Positions 10,330 through 24,755 of a DNA stretch of 64,000 bases are shown piece after piece. A program made the position numbers and the translations under genes. Under the pieces are notes generated by a model. It was not told the DNA's origin. It saw only the letters and a list, made by a program, of their open reading frames with translations, and did no database searches. Within the stretch, counting starts at the first letter, position 1. Each line of letters starts with the position of its first letter. Location: the NCBI GenBank assembly GCA_000934665.2, contig KZ538823.1:1-64000 (forward strand), written 5' to 3'. This DNA is from Catajapyx aquilonaris (Eukaryota).

Positions 10330-10758
10330 AGCCTGTACTCTTTTCTCTTCCCCATTTTTTTCCCACCCACTTTCTCCATTGCTTATTGTACCAAGATGGT
10401 CGGAGCGGCTTTGGGGAGCTGTCCGCAGTGAAGCGGCTGCCGATTGATTGGTATGGAATGCTCCTGATCTCCCGTGGAGGATAGTTGTGATCTTCGAGTG
10501 CATGGATTTTTTTCTATTGGATACTTGTACTATCACGACTGGCGAGTGTATCCTTCCCGTTTTATTGGGGAGTGGTCAATAAAAGTTCCAGTTCATTATA
10601 CAAGTGAATTTTTGCTCAGATCTGGGCCAGTCTGGGCCAACTGTGTGGCAAGGTGGTCACTAGATGGCGTTAAGATCAGGTATGTGGCAGATGGCGCCTC
10701 TGATGGGGTTCTTCGAAACTTGAAAGGGTCGTGCACATTCTTGCGAGGATTTAATAAA

Positions 10759-11291
10759 TACCCGTTTTACGCCGTTAATATATTGGTTCCAGCAAAACGT
10801 GGCGTAAAGTGAATCGGCGTAACACGAGACCAAATTATAATGTAAGTAAAGGAAATTGGTTCCCAAATTTACAAAATTTCCCCATAGGCAGTATACTGCT
10901 ACTATTGCTGTTTTTAATGCAAAATATTTGAACCATTGATTAATGGAAGGTTCCAGGTTGAGAGCCATCGGATTCTGAGGGCTCCTTTCCTTATTTTGGC
11001 AAGAATTTCAGTATACGTTGGGTATTTAACAATGGTTAGAGTATTTCTGGGAGTGCCGAGACCAACAATTCGGGATTGTATTTTTCGATAGACCCCGCCA
11101 CAAGGCACCAGGAAAAACAAAAGAAGAGACTACGGTGTTTGGACTCCGAAGTGTTGCAGTGATGTGCTTATGTTTAGATTGTGTTGTTATCCTCAAATTT
11201 TGGATTAAAAATTTCAAATGTAATATATTTTAAAACCGGCGTTAATGTGAAACGGCGTAAGATGGAGCGGAGTAAAACGGGTACTTCCTGT
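10759..11291. mobile_element. Pogo/Tigger-like MITE remnant
   Basis: TACCCGTTTTACGCCG at left mirrored by GTAAAACGGGTA at right; repeated GGCGTAA/CGGCGTTA subterminal motifs at both ends. Confidence 0.55.
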
Positions 11292-11571
11292 GTAAATGAG
11301 AGTAACTACAGTACACTTCCTGTAGCTTATGATGCAGTGCAGTGGAAGGGTGAAATTTTCCGCACTTGGGGACAGCTGAGGCACAATGTTAGAGTGCAGT
11401 GGTCTAATGTCACCATAATTTATACGATATGGTCAAGTGGCGTAAGTAGACTATGGACTGATTTAGATAAGTTGCAGTTTGAAGGCATACTACTTCTCAG
11501 TAATTAGCAAGTGAGGAAATAAAGTAATGGCCTAATGGGCATTCAAAGTCGCCTATTGCATAACATTCACC

Positions 11572-11692
11572 CAAGGGTGAAGGGGGTAACCGCTCCCCAT
11601 AAAAAGTGTACCCCATTTCCTGGAACCGACTGGTTCCACCCGGTTCCAGGCCGGTTCCACGAAGTGGTTACCCCCTTGCATTCACCCTCGTA
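11572..11692. mobile_element. Short mariner-like MITE
   Basis: AGGGTGAAGGGGGTAACC ... GGTTACCCCCTTGCATTCACCCTCG+TA; internal GGTTCCA repeats. Confidence 0.55.
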
Positions 11693-12798
11693 TGTGGGTG
11701 CTCCGAAAAATAATTAAAATGTGCACATGGTGCTTAGTGCCGGACTTGCCCCGCGATATGGGGTAAGCGCGACTTTGGAATTCTCTCACAGTACAAACCA
11801 TTGTTCAGGTTCATAGGACTAGTGCCATAAAGACACAAACTTCCTCTGTTAGTATGTTTATTCCCGGAAAAAAATACCGAGAAGTTCTTATAGGACAAAC
11901 TTTCATTCACTGCTCCGCAACAGGTTCGCCAACAATGATGACATTATCTGATTAAAATGCATTATGTGGAAGTGTTTTCACACCAGTGCAGTGTTCGAAA
12001 TTAACTTGCCGCCAGTCGCGGAGTATCCATTGGTGACCACATAAAGATGTCTTGTCGCCTCTTTTGGCGACCGCTAGCTTTACCCTCCCAATATTGCATT
12101 TCTGACAATATATACGCGTATTACTCGGTTACGCACTTGCCCCTGACGAAACGGTTGAAAACAGTGCAAGGTTTCTGCAGATGACTCACGTTTCATTCGC
12201 TCTCCTGAAAAGTTGCAAATAAGCTTCTATAAAGGAGTTCACTATGCTCGCATTTTGCTATATATTTATTTAGTTGCTGGGAGGATACTTCATTGGTAAT
12301 TTCGTTTTTTGCATTATACAGTATAATATTAAGTGTTAGTGGAGTATTTCATGATGGCTGTCTAGTGTCAGGATACTTGTATTATCCGCCAGCACTAATT
12401 CATCATCCGTAATGTACGCAACCATCATTATTTTTTGTTAAAAGTATTTTCGCGATGACATTAAAGTTAATGCAAATCATACAGTTGTAACTGTAAGGTA
12501 TGTTCTATATCATTTTAGCATCACTAAAGTACCGGTATTGCTTACCATTTAGCTGGTTTGTATAAATATCAAACTTTTCATATGGTCCATTTTTAGTTCT
12601 AAAACTACGTTTTCACAATTCCAGAATCAATAGAAAACCTCAATTCCACTTTTCTAAGAAGCATATTTGTACCAGCAACCTCCGATGGAAATTATATCTG
12701 TCCATGGCAAAATCCATTTAGAATGCCACTTATAGTGCCAGGGTAGGTGGAGGGGGGTAGATAGGAGCGCACAACATACTGTTTCATATGTAGGTGTA

Positions 12799-12944
12799 CT
12801 ATTGGGTTCAAATACTTTTGGCCACTATATCCTGGTCTTGAAGCAACCCTTAACACACGCACACACACCTCCTTAACGTGGGATCTGTGCGAAGGGTTTC
12901 TTCAAGGCCAGGATAAAGTGGCCAAAAGTATTTGAACCCGATAG
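12799..12944. mobile_element. Tc1/mariner-type MITE with TA target duplication
   Basis: TA|CTATTGGGTTCAAATACTTTTGGCCACT...AGTGGCCAAAAGTATTTGAACCCGATAG|TA; ~50-bp TIRs. Confidence 0.88.
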
Positions 12945-13379
12945 TACCTCATGGTCTGACAGAATTCCGTTGGATTTTTTTTTCACCAAAGAAAATGACA
13001 ACAGGTTTTGGCAGTAAAACTATCTGTAGGCCTAATAATGTTGGTGGTGAGTGGGCGAATGAGGTCAAGGGCAGTCCAAGGGGGTAGTGTACTGTACACT
13101 GGATAGTGGATCACCAAAAGCACCGGATCACCGCGGATGCCCATCGAAGGTGTACACGGATCACCAGAAGTGAATATCCCCTCGGGGCAGTCATTGTATT
13201 CCTGAACCAGAGGCCTGCATCTCAATGAGGACCGTCGCTGAGAGTAGATCTAATTATGAATAAGTGATGAGTAGGAATGTGCAGGGAGTAATATATTATG
13301 CAGTTCTACAAAATAATATTGAGAGAGCTGATTTAATATGGCGGGGGGGGGGGGNNNGGGGGGGGGGGGGGGGTGCTCA

Positions 13380-13860
13380 TACGACTCCCAAAAGTTCTAA
13401 ACTGACCTTGAAAGCGTAATTACTGTAAAAATAATTATGATGACACCACAGCAGCAGCCAAAAGATTTCAGTCTTTGGAATGAGAGCCAATGGCATCTGC
13501 GATGACATGAGCATTAGCTGACGGTGCACCAATCTGACACTGTAACTCTAAGAAGTGGATTTCTCTCTTCAAAGACGGCCACGACAGCGTGGAAGCTGAC
13601 TCCCTCTCTGCATGCTCTGATGTCACATCAGCAAATGTTATAAATATAATACTGTATAATATAGCCACAGGCGATTGAAACGTCGCACCACCTTCATGAT
13701 TTGAACCAGATCTGAACTCATTGACACCAGCAGAGATGTCGGAGTTAAAGGACTTTATCCCAGATGAATTTTCAGATGTACTGGTTACTCAGGAAGAAAT
13801 GTGAGTTACTTACCTTGATCCAAGACCAAAGAAGACAAGAGATGGAAGCAGTGGAAGAAT
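13380..13860 (+). pseudogene. Degenerate mariner transposase remnant
   Basis: Fragments KKWISLFKDGHDSVEADSLS (cf. W..FK.GR.SVEDDPRSGRP) and DEFSDVLVTQEEM*VTYLDP (cf. IVTGDETWV..YDP, first catalytic Asp motif), with stops and deletions. Confidence 0.7.
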
Positions 13861-16800
13861 TCGGATTGGTTGCTGCAGGCTTAGAACTTGCAAAAGCCAT
13901 TTTATTAATCTGATGAATTACTCTTCACGTGGTCATATTAGTGGAGATTCATTTATTTTTTCCTCGCATGAACTGCACCCATTTTTTCTCAATTTTAAGT
14001 AAGGAAAATAAAACCTTTGGTTGTTGGGAGTTCAAATTTTAATCGAATTTTTCTTTGTGAAATGAAAACGTGCAGCTTATCCATGAACCACCGTCGTTTT
14101 TTCTACAATATATTGTGAATGACAAACTTCGCACTATGTTTTAATTTTACGCATTTTGCATAATTTTACATACTCTTATTACAATTAAGCCACTTGTCAG
14201 AAACCGCTATTTTTCGTAGGAAGAATATTAGGAATCCGCCAGTGTATGTTTAAACTGCTGCAGGCATTACAGTGCATTGCGAGCTGGATATATTGTTAAC
14301 ACCTTGTTAACTTGTTATCCGGTGAAGTCTGTTTGCACCACTATAGACCTGTGGACTTACCGGCATATTTACATGCAGCTAGCTGTTGAGGTCAGATTTC
14401 TGTAAGTTCAGGCATAAGAATTGAAATAAACATCACACTTTAAGGGACTACAGTAGATTTTATTGAATGACAGTACATGAAAAATAACAGCAAAATACTC
14501 ATATGTCACATGACTTGAACATGAGAAGTAGAGAGAAAATGAAGAGTGGTCTGTTATTTATGAATTTTTGCTGATCGAGAATCGATGTGTGCATTCAAGT
14601 CATTCAGTCCAGGAAATGTTCTGTCAGTTTATTTAGGAAGGGGATAGTAGGTTATGTATTATTTCATTTAAGTTATTTTTCTTTTCTTTTTGATGTGGTG
14701 CTCGTTAAACTATTTAGGACAGAGATCAACGTTGTCTCAACTCATACACGAGATAAAATAAAATAAAACAATTCAATATATAAAAAAATTACAGTACACA
14801 CGCATACGCTCTGGAGTGCACGACAGCATTCATAGCAAAATAAAATTTTGAACTCCTTTGGTTGTAAGATGTTGTCGTGAACTCCAAGGCCCCAATACAA
14901 TCTACTGTACATTCACCTGATAATCAATCCATAAAATGAATCAGTTGATGGTATGAAGGGGGTGGGGGGAATGGGGGTACAAAGAGCGGGTTTTCCTAAG
15001 ACACAAGGACCAAAAATTGCAGAGAGATAAACACGGTCGCAAATCATTTGTGGAAAGATTGGGTCAAGTTTCACAGCACTACTACACCTATCACACATGA
15101 TTTATTTTATTAAAATTTTACAAACCCGCATTCTTTCCCCCTTTCTTGTCAAAATGAAGGAACTAGGTACCGTTGAGTCTTAGGAAATAATATTTTCTTT
15201 TTCTTTTTTACAATCTGGAAAAAGTGTGAGGACCCCTTCGGTCTTTTTCTTCGCGGGTGGAGTTTTCTGCTAGTAGGATTCTTCTTTAAATATGACTACT
15301 GTATAGAAACTATAAAGATCTCTCTCAATCAGTCTGTTTGAATCAGGTCTCCCCCCCCTTATGAAGAATCAGACCTTAGGGACTTGTACACAAAATCACA
15401 CCTTCGTACAACTGCCCTAGGATTGGTACATATCCATCATAAGGCTTAACTGGCAAAGAGGTAGAGGAACAACCAGCATTGACCCTTACAACTAGATTTT
15501 ATTTTTCCAACACACAATCACGTGTACGAGACACACGGGGACTCATCCAAAATTTTGGAGATTAATACAACACGAACACCCTTTTTCAATATTCCTCTTT
15601 TGCCTCGTCTCGAACAGACATGTGCCACAATAATAGTAATAATCGTAGCAATAATAATAATAGTAGTAGTAATATTTAATAATAATAATAGAGTCGTGTA
15701 GAATGAAAAACCAATGCTAAAAATAAAGTGTAGAAAAAGGAATACATGCACACATGCACAAGTCTTTCAAGAACCGTTGTTGAGCAAATGTACAGAATAT
15801 TCACACCAAGGAAATCACCGGTACATTTTTATCATCATAATAGTAATCAGTCGAATAACACCAAACAGCTCAAACTCCTCTCAGATAGGGTCGGTCAAGT
15901 CTCATAATAGGATACAAGTTACACATAAAAAACATACTTCTTTACATGTAACGGATGGGGCTCAAAAAGGACTTATGTATATTGATGCCATGGTGCCTAG
16001 TGTTTTCGAAGCATTTAGGAGTAAGTTGGCATTCCCAATGCTGACATCATTATCATTATGCACTTTTTGTTGCCTCAACCGAAATAGCATAGTCCCCTTA
16101 CATATACATTGGGGACCTGCATGTAGGAACACGCACTGATCTTATAATAGGACTAATAGAAATAGTCGCCCATGCACAGTCTGGGGCCTCATTTGTGTAA
16201 CTGCAGTCAACGAAAACGGAGGTTGGCTTTTTTTTTGTTTCTTTTTTGGTCCTAGAACCTTGTGGTCCGCCCCTAAATAAGGGAAGGCACAAAGACGAGT
16301 TTGTCTTTTCATCACCGGGTTATACAAACTTCCTCCACAAAGACCGCCACTTTATTTTCCTTTTCACCGGGGGAATTTTTCAAAAATCGGCAAATTTCAA
16401 TGCCTAAAAAATTGCGTAGACTAACAAGAAACAAACGTTTCACCGGGAGTTTATTTAAAAACTTACGTTTGCAACTTTCCATCGCAAATATCTACACAAC
16501 ACGAATCAATGACGGTCTTGTCTCACTACACCATTCACCGGGATTCTTGTATTTTTTTTCCACATGATGCAAATTGAAAGATAATATTTCATGGCCGTCT
16601 GACTGTAGGCGATATGTGAACTTTCTCGTTTTTTAAAATACATTATTGACCTTTGCACTACTGCATAAAATTGTAAGGCAGCCTGCTGACAGTTATGTTT
16701 CAAATCAATATTACCTGAAATGCGCGTGTAAAAATAATGTTCCATTTTTTGGACTCTACTCTTGTTGGCTTGGACATACCACCTATAGTCAGATCACCAA

Positions 16801-19800
16801 TGAATTGTGTTATACACAGATGCTGTACGGTTGCCGGAACTTGTTTGATCACAAAAGGCAGTGTTGGTGTACTTTTTTTTTACATTATAAGAAGGACGGT
16901 TTGAAGGCGTCGCAAACCATGTTTTGCGTTTCTTTTGGCCACTGAGACAGGAAATGTGAGTACATGTGCCTGAGAAGAGGGAAGGGGAATTTACAGAATA
17001 TTACTGGTACAGCATAGTTTTTTTTCTTTTTTAAAAAAGAGGAGAAAGACAGAAAGAAAGAAAGGCAGCATCCGCTAGCATCTTCACTCGTCTCCCAACA
17101 AGACAATTGTGAGCAAATAACTGAGTTCGTTGGGTTCACACACACTTTGTGGCTTGTACAAGAATATATGTCATACCCTACTTAATGATCACGTACAGCA
17201 ACAAAACTTGGCTTAGGAGTCACTGCCCCCAAAACTAGGTCTAAATACACGCATGAAAGGTGCAGTGCGTTTTTTTATAAGTACAAATATTTTTGGCTCT
17301 GACCAACCACCAGACTCGAACAATAACACCAAATACACGTTATACATTCCTTGTCTCTCAATAGTGATTTATTTGCCACCTCCAAGCACGTTGTCTTCAT
17401 ATATTCGGATTATTTACTTAGCTTATAACGTCAGACCAGTTACATTTTGATATTCAGGTTACAATATTGATGATGCCCGGTAAACGTTTCCTCGAATATA
17501 ATTACCAGTTAATGTGTGCCTAATCTAACTTTACCTACAGCCTAATCTCCCGTGTATAAGCTATACATGAAATAAAATGTCACGTAAAAAAAATTAAAAT
17601 CCTGCGATGTGATCCATTACCGGCAAACATGTTCGATACATTTGCCAATTGGGGAAAAATAAGTATGGTTAACAAGTTGTCTACAATAAAATATAAATAC
17701 TATGTTTTCCGGATCAACACCGGTACAGTACATGGGTATTTCCCATCAAAATATATAAATAAAAAACAAACAAAACCTCACTTACGCCAAATCATAGCCT
17801 AATGCCTGAGTAATGGATCCTTAAAATCTGTGGCGTAGACTAGATTTCATTTGATCTCGTGTAATCACTGATTAATAATGGCAGTCGAGAGATCGGCAAC
17901 TATCAAGTCAGTCTTTGTAGGATAATAAGTTTTTTTTATACAGTTTAAAATGACTCGATCAACAAAACACCTGAGCTAAATACCTGAGACAACACATTCA
18001 GGATAGTGCTTGAGAGGCGCCAAAAATTATGATCGCCGAATTCTTTCAAGTCTTATATTCTTTCCCCGCAAAAACCCATTCACGCTTAAACAAGTATCTT
18101 TCCCAGCCTAGATCACTAAGCTACATTTTTCAGGAACTTGTGAGACCCGCCATTTTTTTGTCAATTCTTCGGAAAATTGAGACCGTCTTTTTTTCTCCCC
18201 CCACAATCCCAAGAAGACACATTGGCCTCTCTAGATAGAGGTCAAAGGTTGATCGGCTGCTCAGATTAGGTTTCCTCCACTTTTTTTTCCTTTTAGTTTT
18301 GGGACAAAAAGGTGCGACACAATGCGACTTCATTTAGATCGGATTTATTTCGCACTTTTCCGGAGTTGTCACTCATAGCAACAGGCCGCCTTTTCTCAAG
18401 AGAGAGAGACATGGGGGGAACGGTGAAATTTTTGGAACCTACTGCACATCCTGGAAAAAAAAATATTTCAAAGCCGGAAAGGCAAAAGGAGGGTTTGGTT
18501 TGGCGGGGGTCATGAGCAGGTCACTACTGAACTTGGGCCGGAAGTTTCCTTCTACAAAAAAAAATTACAGGAGCCAGAAGGAGGGGTTGGCTGAAAGTGT
18601 ATGAAATGGCCTATAGTTACAAAATCCCATAAAAAGGGTACTGATAGGGTTGCGAAAATCTTATGCTATCATACTACGGCATTAGGTGCTTTCAGCATAC
18701 TTTAACGACTCGGGTTGCAAAGAAATAGCATGTTTTACGATATATTATTCCTCTTTGAATACTGTAAGTCCATATAATGTTTATGCTTTTTAGTAACAAA
18801 CGCGTATCTGCCACGCTCCCGATTTACGCCCAGTACTAGAGAGCCGTTCGATAATGGCTTACCGTACGTATTTTAGATTATTTCATTGATTGCAGTTTAT
18901 GTTCCTAGAAATTCAAAGGGCTGCACATGAGAAGCGGTTTTTCGCTGCGGAAATTAATCAGAATTATTATGTTCTAAAAACTGGCTTATGCAATATTTGT
19001 ACGGTATATTAGATCCAGAAAATTTACTTGTACCCTCGTACACCGAAGGCTGCATGCAATTTTGTAAAATTTTTTGTTACAACGAAATTCACACAATTCA
19101 GTAGACATAAATCAAAAGTACCGTAACAGTGATTTACAAAGTGAAGTCAATTACAAGGTAGGTCCAAACCCCTATTATTCTCTTTTTGAGAGAAAAAAAG
19201 AAAGCAGAAGCGCCTTCCACTTTCAGACCTCCCTTTTTTCCCGAAAAAAATTGAAGCCCTTTGGCAAACAACAGATAAGCATCCAACAGAAAGACCCGCG
19301 GCCACCTTAATCGATTTACGACCCATCTCAGTGTTCCGTGGTGTTGGAAGCCTCGTAACTTCAAAAAAAAACGAGGACCCTTTTTTCCACGAAGAAGAAA
19401 AAAAACTGGACATGTGGGTGGCGAAGGGGTGGAGATAGGTAATGGTCAGTAGACACCCCTTGAGGTTGGCAGTGTCCATAAATCTATGATGACCAGGCCA
19501 ATATAACGCTCAGCACTGTTACGGTACAACAGTTCATAAAAAAAGAGAAGTGAATCGAGCAGGAAAAACCTGGAAAATGAACATGAGCCACTAAAATAAT
19601 ACTGATATTAATTATTGCCACAACCCAATTTTGAAACTTATTTAGACTGCATTTGTGCCAGTTTTTAGTACATTCTTGGTTAGTCCTTGGGTTAACACAT
19701 CGAGTGCCCTAAGGCTTACCTCACCTGTAATGGATTTTTAAAAGGCCACACTATCAATCAATTTTCCTACTAAATTATTTACTTTCAAACAATTTTGATC

Positions 19801-22800
19801 TTTCAACCAGTTTGGGTGCTTGTTCCCCGTAGACCCGATCAATCGTGCTCAATTTGACCTCCTCCCTTCCCTCCTCTGCACCTTCCGATTTTTTTTCCAC
19901 CCCTCACCACGATCAATCTGCCTCCATCCATCCCTTTTGGGGAAATCCCTCAAGATGGAACCAACCAGTGAGGGTCCTGCACGAGTGAGTCATGTGGGGA
20001 GAGGTCCACATGAGGGCTCAAATTTCCCACCACCTCCACTGTGTAGGGATGAAACGAGGCAATGGGGGTGGAGGGACCAGGAGAAGGGGAGAAAAAAAAT
20101 TGTGTCCTTTTGGTTCGCTTTTTTGGGGGGAGGAAATGCTAGTGACATTTTTTGGTGTCCGAATCATGCGTGGTTTTTTGGTGGGGGCGTACTGTACGTT
20201 TAGGTGCGTCCAGTATGGGCGGGAAATTTGAGATTGCGAGATTTGGGTGTTGGGAGTGAAGTTTATCGTCTGTCAATTTTTTCGGGCCTACAGGGGTAAT
20301 CAAATGTAACGTCATGGCAAGAAAAAAAAATCAATACGGAGGAATTTGCAGACGGGTTGGACCAGGGGAGGGATTTTTTTTCCCCCTTCTCGGCCCTGCG
20401 TACGAAAAGGGGAAGTGCGTATAAGGCTTTAAAAAAAATTGATTTTGTTTGGGACCTGGCAACACCACTGAAGGGTACGAGTTGTTCGAAGAAGTTATTT
20501 TGGCGAGCTCCAAAAATCTCTGCGTATCATGTGCTTATGTAGGTTCCTACATTTGGTCATACAGCCAGAGCTGCTGTCATCTCTTGAGAAACTAGCTGCC
20601 TTGTGCTTGTCCACTAGGCATTGTCGCAAGTGGGCCAAACTGCCTCCATTGTCAACAGAACTTGTGTAATAATATGGTCGATTGAGATATGAATTGTACA
20701 CTTCGGCAGGCACGCAAAGGCAAACTTGTTTACCTGCAAAAGGCTTCGGACCGGAACTTATTGAACGGGAAATGCTTACGGAAATGGCCGAGGCGTGATA
20801 TACAGTGTACAGTATACAAAAAAAGGTAGGCGCAATCATATTTGTATTGCCAGCAGTAGGGTTGTTCGAATCGGTTCACACGAAACATGAAATATACATC
20901 TAGATTGCCAGCCTAGCTGGGTAAGGGAAGTATAACCTATTCAGAGCAGCGACGCCTTTGAATGTGTCTGAACTAGTTTTTCCTCGATCGAGATCACATA
21001 CACACTCACACACATATATCTCAATATGTATTCCGTTAATTCAAAATGACGGGTCAGTTTTTCAGACTTATATCATCTAGCGGGAGATGCAGAGCCAAGT
21101 CGTCTAAGCCCATCTCTTGGTCCTCTGTGATTAAAAAATAAAAACAAAAAATAACCCTTTGTTACCTTGTTACATTTCCCCTTCTCCGAGTGCAAAAGAA
21201 CTACCACTAATTTGTAAACCTATTCTGTACATTAATTCTATTGATCATTATGAATATTGTGCTGTCCATTTAAAATACACAGTACATCGCAATGGACAGG
21301 GTTTGACATGTAAAAAATAAACAATGACCAAATAACGTGTTTTCTTAAGTGACTCTGAATAACCGTTTGATTATTCTTCTGGACCTGAATAATCAGAAAA
21401 AAAAACTCAATGCCTGGGAATCTGTACACACCCAAAGGTGGTGCGGGCATGTTTGTGAAAAAAGGCTTAAAATGTGACTTAGGACTCATTGCAGATCAGC
21501 AACTGAGAGAACGACGCTTCTGAATTTGCTTCCAATAATTAACTGACCCAATAAATACGCAGAAACAGCCACAAAAATTTGGCACTTTGACTCTGTGCCA
21601 ATATTGCACATCACAGTCGTGGGCTCCGTCTGCTGTTTGAAAAATAATAGTGTACGATGAAGCAAAAATTATAATCATCTTAGTGACGTACACAATCAGG
21701 CTCAAGTGTCACCTTAGATAACTCCTACCATAGCACCATTAAACTCCATAACTTAGTGGGCGGAGTCAAATAAGGGCACCTTCGCCTTTGAGGAACTTTT
21801 TGGAAGTGTTCGTACTCAGCATTTTGTGCCTTGGACGGCTTCTGGCGGCCAAGACGTGTACTCTTCACAGGTAGACAACAGCAATACCACGAGACAGCAC
21901 TTGTGAGTATTATCAGTTGACGCAATGTGAAGTTCACAACTTGACACCCGTTTCCAGAGTCCGACAAAGATCTGAATACTGTCGGATATGCAGCCTTCTG
22001 GAGTGGACAGCCATCTTATCATTACTGATAGTACTGATTTTTCCTTTTGTGAGGGGGTGGTTCCCTTAAGGTTCATTGGCCCACAGGCACCTGGAAAGCA
22101 AAGAAAGGCATCTCTGCTTCCCGAGGGCTGTTTTGCGTTTTTCTTCTCCCTCCAAGGTAGGAAGCCTCTGGAGCCATTGTTTCCGACCCTCTGGAAGGGG
22201 GTGGGGACCTCCTTCCCTTTTCTCCCTCAGGTGTAAACAACTTTGTGGAAACCCAGAAAAGGACAACGACCTGGGCCCAAGAGGAAAACCTTGGCCCCAC
22301 TAACCAACTGTTCTATGTGTTATGTGATGCCCAGGGCAAGCGGTGCTTTTGGAAGGAGGAAGAAACCTCGCCCCCCCCCCCCCNCCCCACTCGTACCCGA
22401 TCCCGAAAAACCCCCTTTTCTCCCCTCATCCTTTACCAATTTCTACCAACGTCCAATTTCCTCCAAACCCGTGTGAAAACGGCAATTCCATGCCCAAAAA
22501 CCGGCGGGAAGCGGTTTCCCGAAACTCATAAGGAATCTAGCATTGGGTAAGGCAACCCATTCAAAAGGGTCTCCGCAGGTGTGTGGATGACCTGGTGACC
22601 TCGTGTCACAAAACCCAGAAATGAACAAAGGATAGACTGGGACATTTGGCGGGAATACTCGAGATTTAACGTTCTCTCTGAAGAAGCTGGGCATTAAAGG
22701 CTGAGGTATTGAGTGAAGGCTAAATTTTATAGTTTCCACTATTGCGTAATTGGAACTATTGAAAATGATCAATTTAAAAAATGTGTCTCGAGTATTATTT

Positions 22801-24481
22801 TTATGTAGCATACTTAGAAAGTTCAAGGTTGTAAATACTAATGCATTATTAAGACGATTGTTAAATCAAGTAATTAAACTGAAGTGTACTGTTCATTTTG
22901 TGCTAACATATAACAATTATTGCAAATTAATTGAAGAATTTACTTTGACGACGAAATGTTTAATCCAACCGATATAGTTGGCAAAGACTTACATCAGTCT
23001 AATATTAGACAATTAATTTCCACTCCGAAATTGTCAAAGTAAACTATTCAACACTGCCTTACTTTGACGGCAGTGCTCATTTTGGTAAGTGCGTATACGA
23101 AAATAGGCTTCTGCCCTTGAGCCCAGAAGTGTATCAATCAATATGGTGTGCGTGATAAATCATGCAAAGGTTTACGCGCCGTTTGTTGGGCCTAATCACA
23201 CGCCAAGAAGCCAGACGGTGCCCAATGGATTATGGTGGTCAGTGGCAAAGTGTAGCGCAATGCCCGCCTGCTGCCGTAATTTCGGCCTCCATTGGCCCAC
23301 CAGCTGCACGCCAAAAGGGGGGCACCCCAAAGACCATTCTAGTTCCCCAAAATTTTGAATCCCCTTCTATTGTGATAGCATGGAATGACCGCAACAGTTG
23401 TGGACCAACGGACACCGTGAAAATTCCCCTTCCCTGGAATGACTGGGAATGAGGGGGGAAAAAAAAGTGCGCTGATTACTAATGGAAGCCCTCCTAAAAT
23501 CGATGGCGCCTTAATTTGTTTTGCCGAAAGGCAACACCCACCAAGAGAAGTGCAATCAAGGAGAGAAGTGGAACTCAACTTTTTCACTTTTGGCGGAATC
23601 GATTGGCTAACTTTCAGTACATTTTAATTCATCAAGTGACCTGACGCAGGAGCTGAACGATTGGCAACTGGACAATCAATTAATGCCATATTTCCCATTT
23701 CTAGCAGGCGATCTAAAGCCTTCCTAGACACCATCATGGCCGCCAAATCAGCCGAAGGTACCCGGATGCACTCCCCCTTTTTCCTCTTCCTCCCCCCTTC
23801 CCATCTCCTTCCGCTGGACTTTGATGAAGTAATCCCGTCTTCTTCCCCCACCCCATCTCACCCTCCTCGTAGGTTTTCTGACCGGTCCAAGCAAGCAGAT
23901 AGACCCTCTTCTTTCCCCCTTGATGCGTACGTGGCCTGCGTATACACACATGTGCGAGCGAGGTGGGCAGGTAGCAGCCACGCCTGCCCACGCCTTATTG
24001 ATCGCCATTTTCCCCTCTTCTTCTTCTTCTTCTCCCTTCTTTTCTCCTTCCTAAATTCCCCCTTCTTCCCCTTGGGCAGAAGTTCTATTCCGTTTTCTCC
24101 TTCCTCCCACAGAAAATAACCCAGCCTACCAGCACTTACAGAGAGAAAGAAAGAAAAATGGGAAAATATTGCCAGGAAAGCTACCTGTACCATTGTGTGT
24201 TTTCTCGGATAGAGATCTAATTGGTCATCATCTCTTCTGAAGCAGTTCTTCGCTATGAGATCATAATCTGAGAAAATAAGCTCGATCAGGCCTTACAGAT
24301 TAACGAGCGATGAGTGTTTGCTACGACTTGTACGTACAGCCGCTGTACATCCAGCAACCAGTCTTTGTAACACGATAATACTCATCAAAACTTGCCTGTG
24401 GCATGCTGGACACAATTTCGGCCTCCAAATAGCCTAAGGAAAGTCAAGGAAAGAAATGTGTCCGCATCACTGATTATGATT

Positions 24482-24619
24482 ATCGGATTTGTCCATTTCT
24501 GTTCCAAGAGAATGGAGGCACGTGAAAGTGAGTCTAGTGGACGTAGTTAGGGTTAGTGGTAGTAAATGCTAGTCTTCACGTGCCTGCCTGCCCTCAAGGC
24601 AGAATTGAACAGATCCGAT
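24482..24619. repeat. Imperfect inverted repeat downstream of Kr
   Basis: ATCGGATTTGTCCATTTCTG...GGCACGTGAA mirrored by TTCACGTGCC...CAGAATTGAACAGATCCGAT, centre GTTAGGGTTAG. Confidence 0.6.
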
Positions 24620-24749
24620 GAATAGATGTTTTCTCGCAGTAGTATTTCCCTCACTTCTCTCTTATTTAACCACGTTACGCATGTATTCCCTCTAAAATGA
24701 CGACATCGGTGCATATATTAATTATTTTTAACATACTGTCCAGAGTTTG

Positions 24750-24755
24750 TTTATT
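24750..24755 (-). terminator. Candidate Kr polyadenylation signal
   Basis: AATAAA on the minus strand ~850 nt past the Kr stop codon, in an AT-rich context. Confidence 0.35.

Noticed and set aside
13776..13806. Possible extra GOLT1 exon (ttttcag...gtgagt)
   Set aside because: GOLT1 already terminates at 10329 and this sequence is part of a mariner VTGDETW-like remnant.
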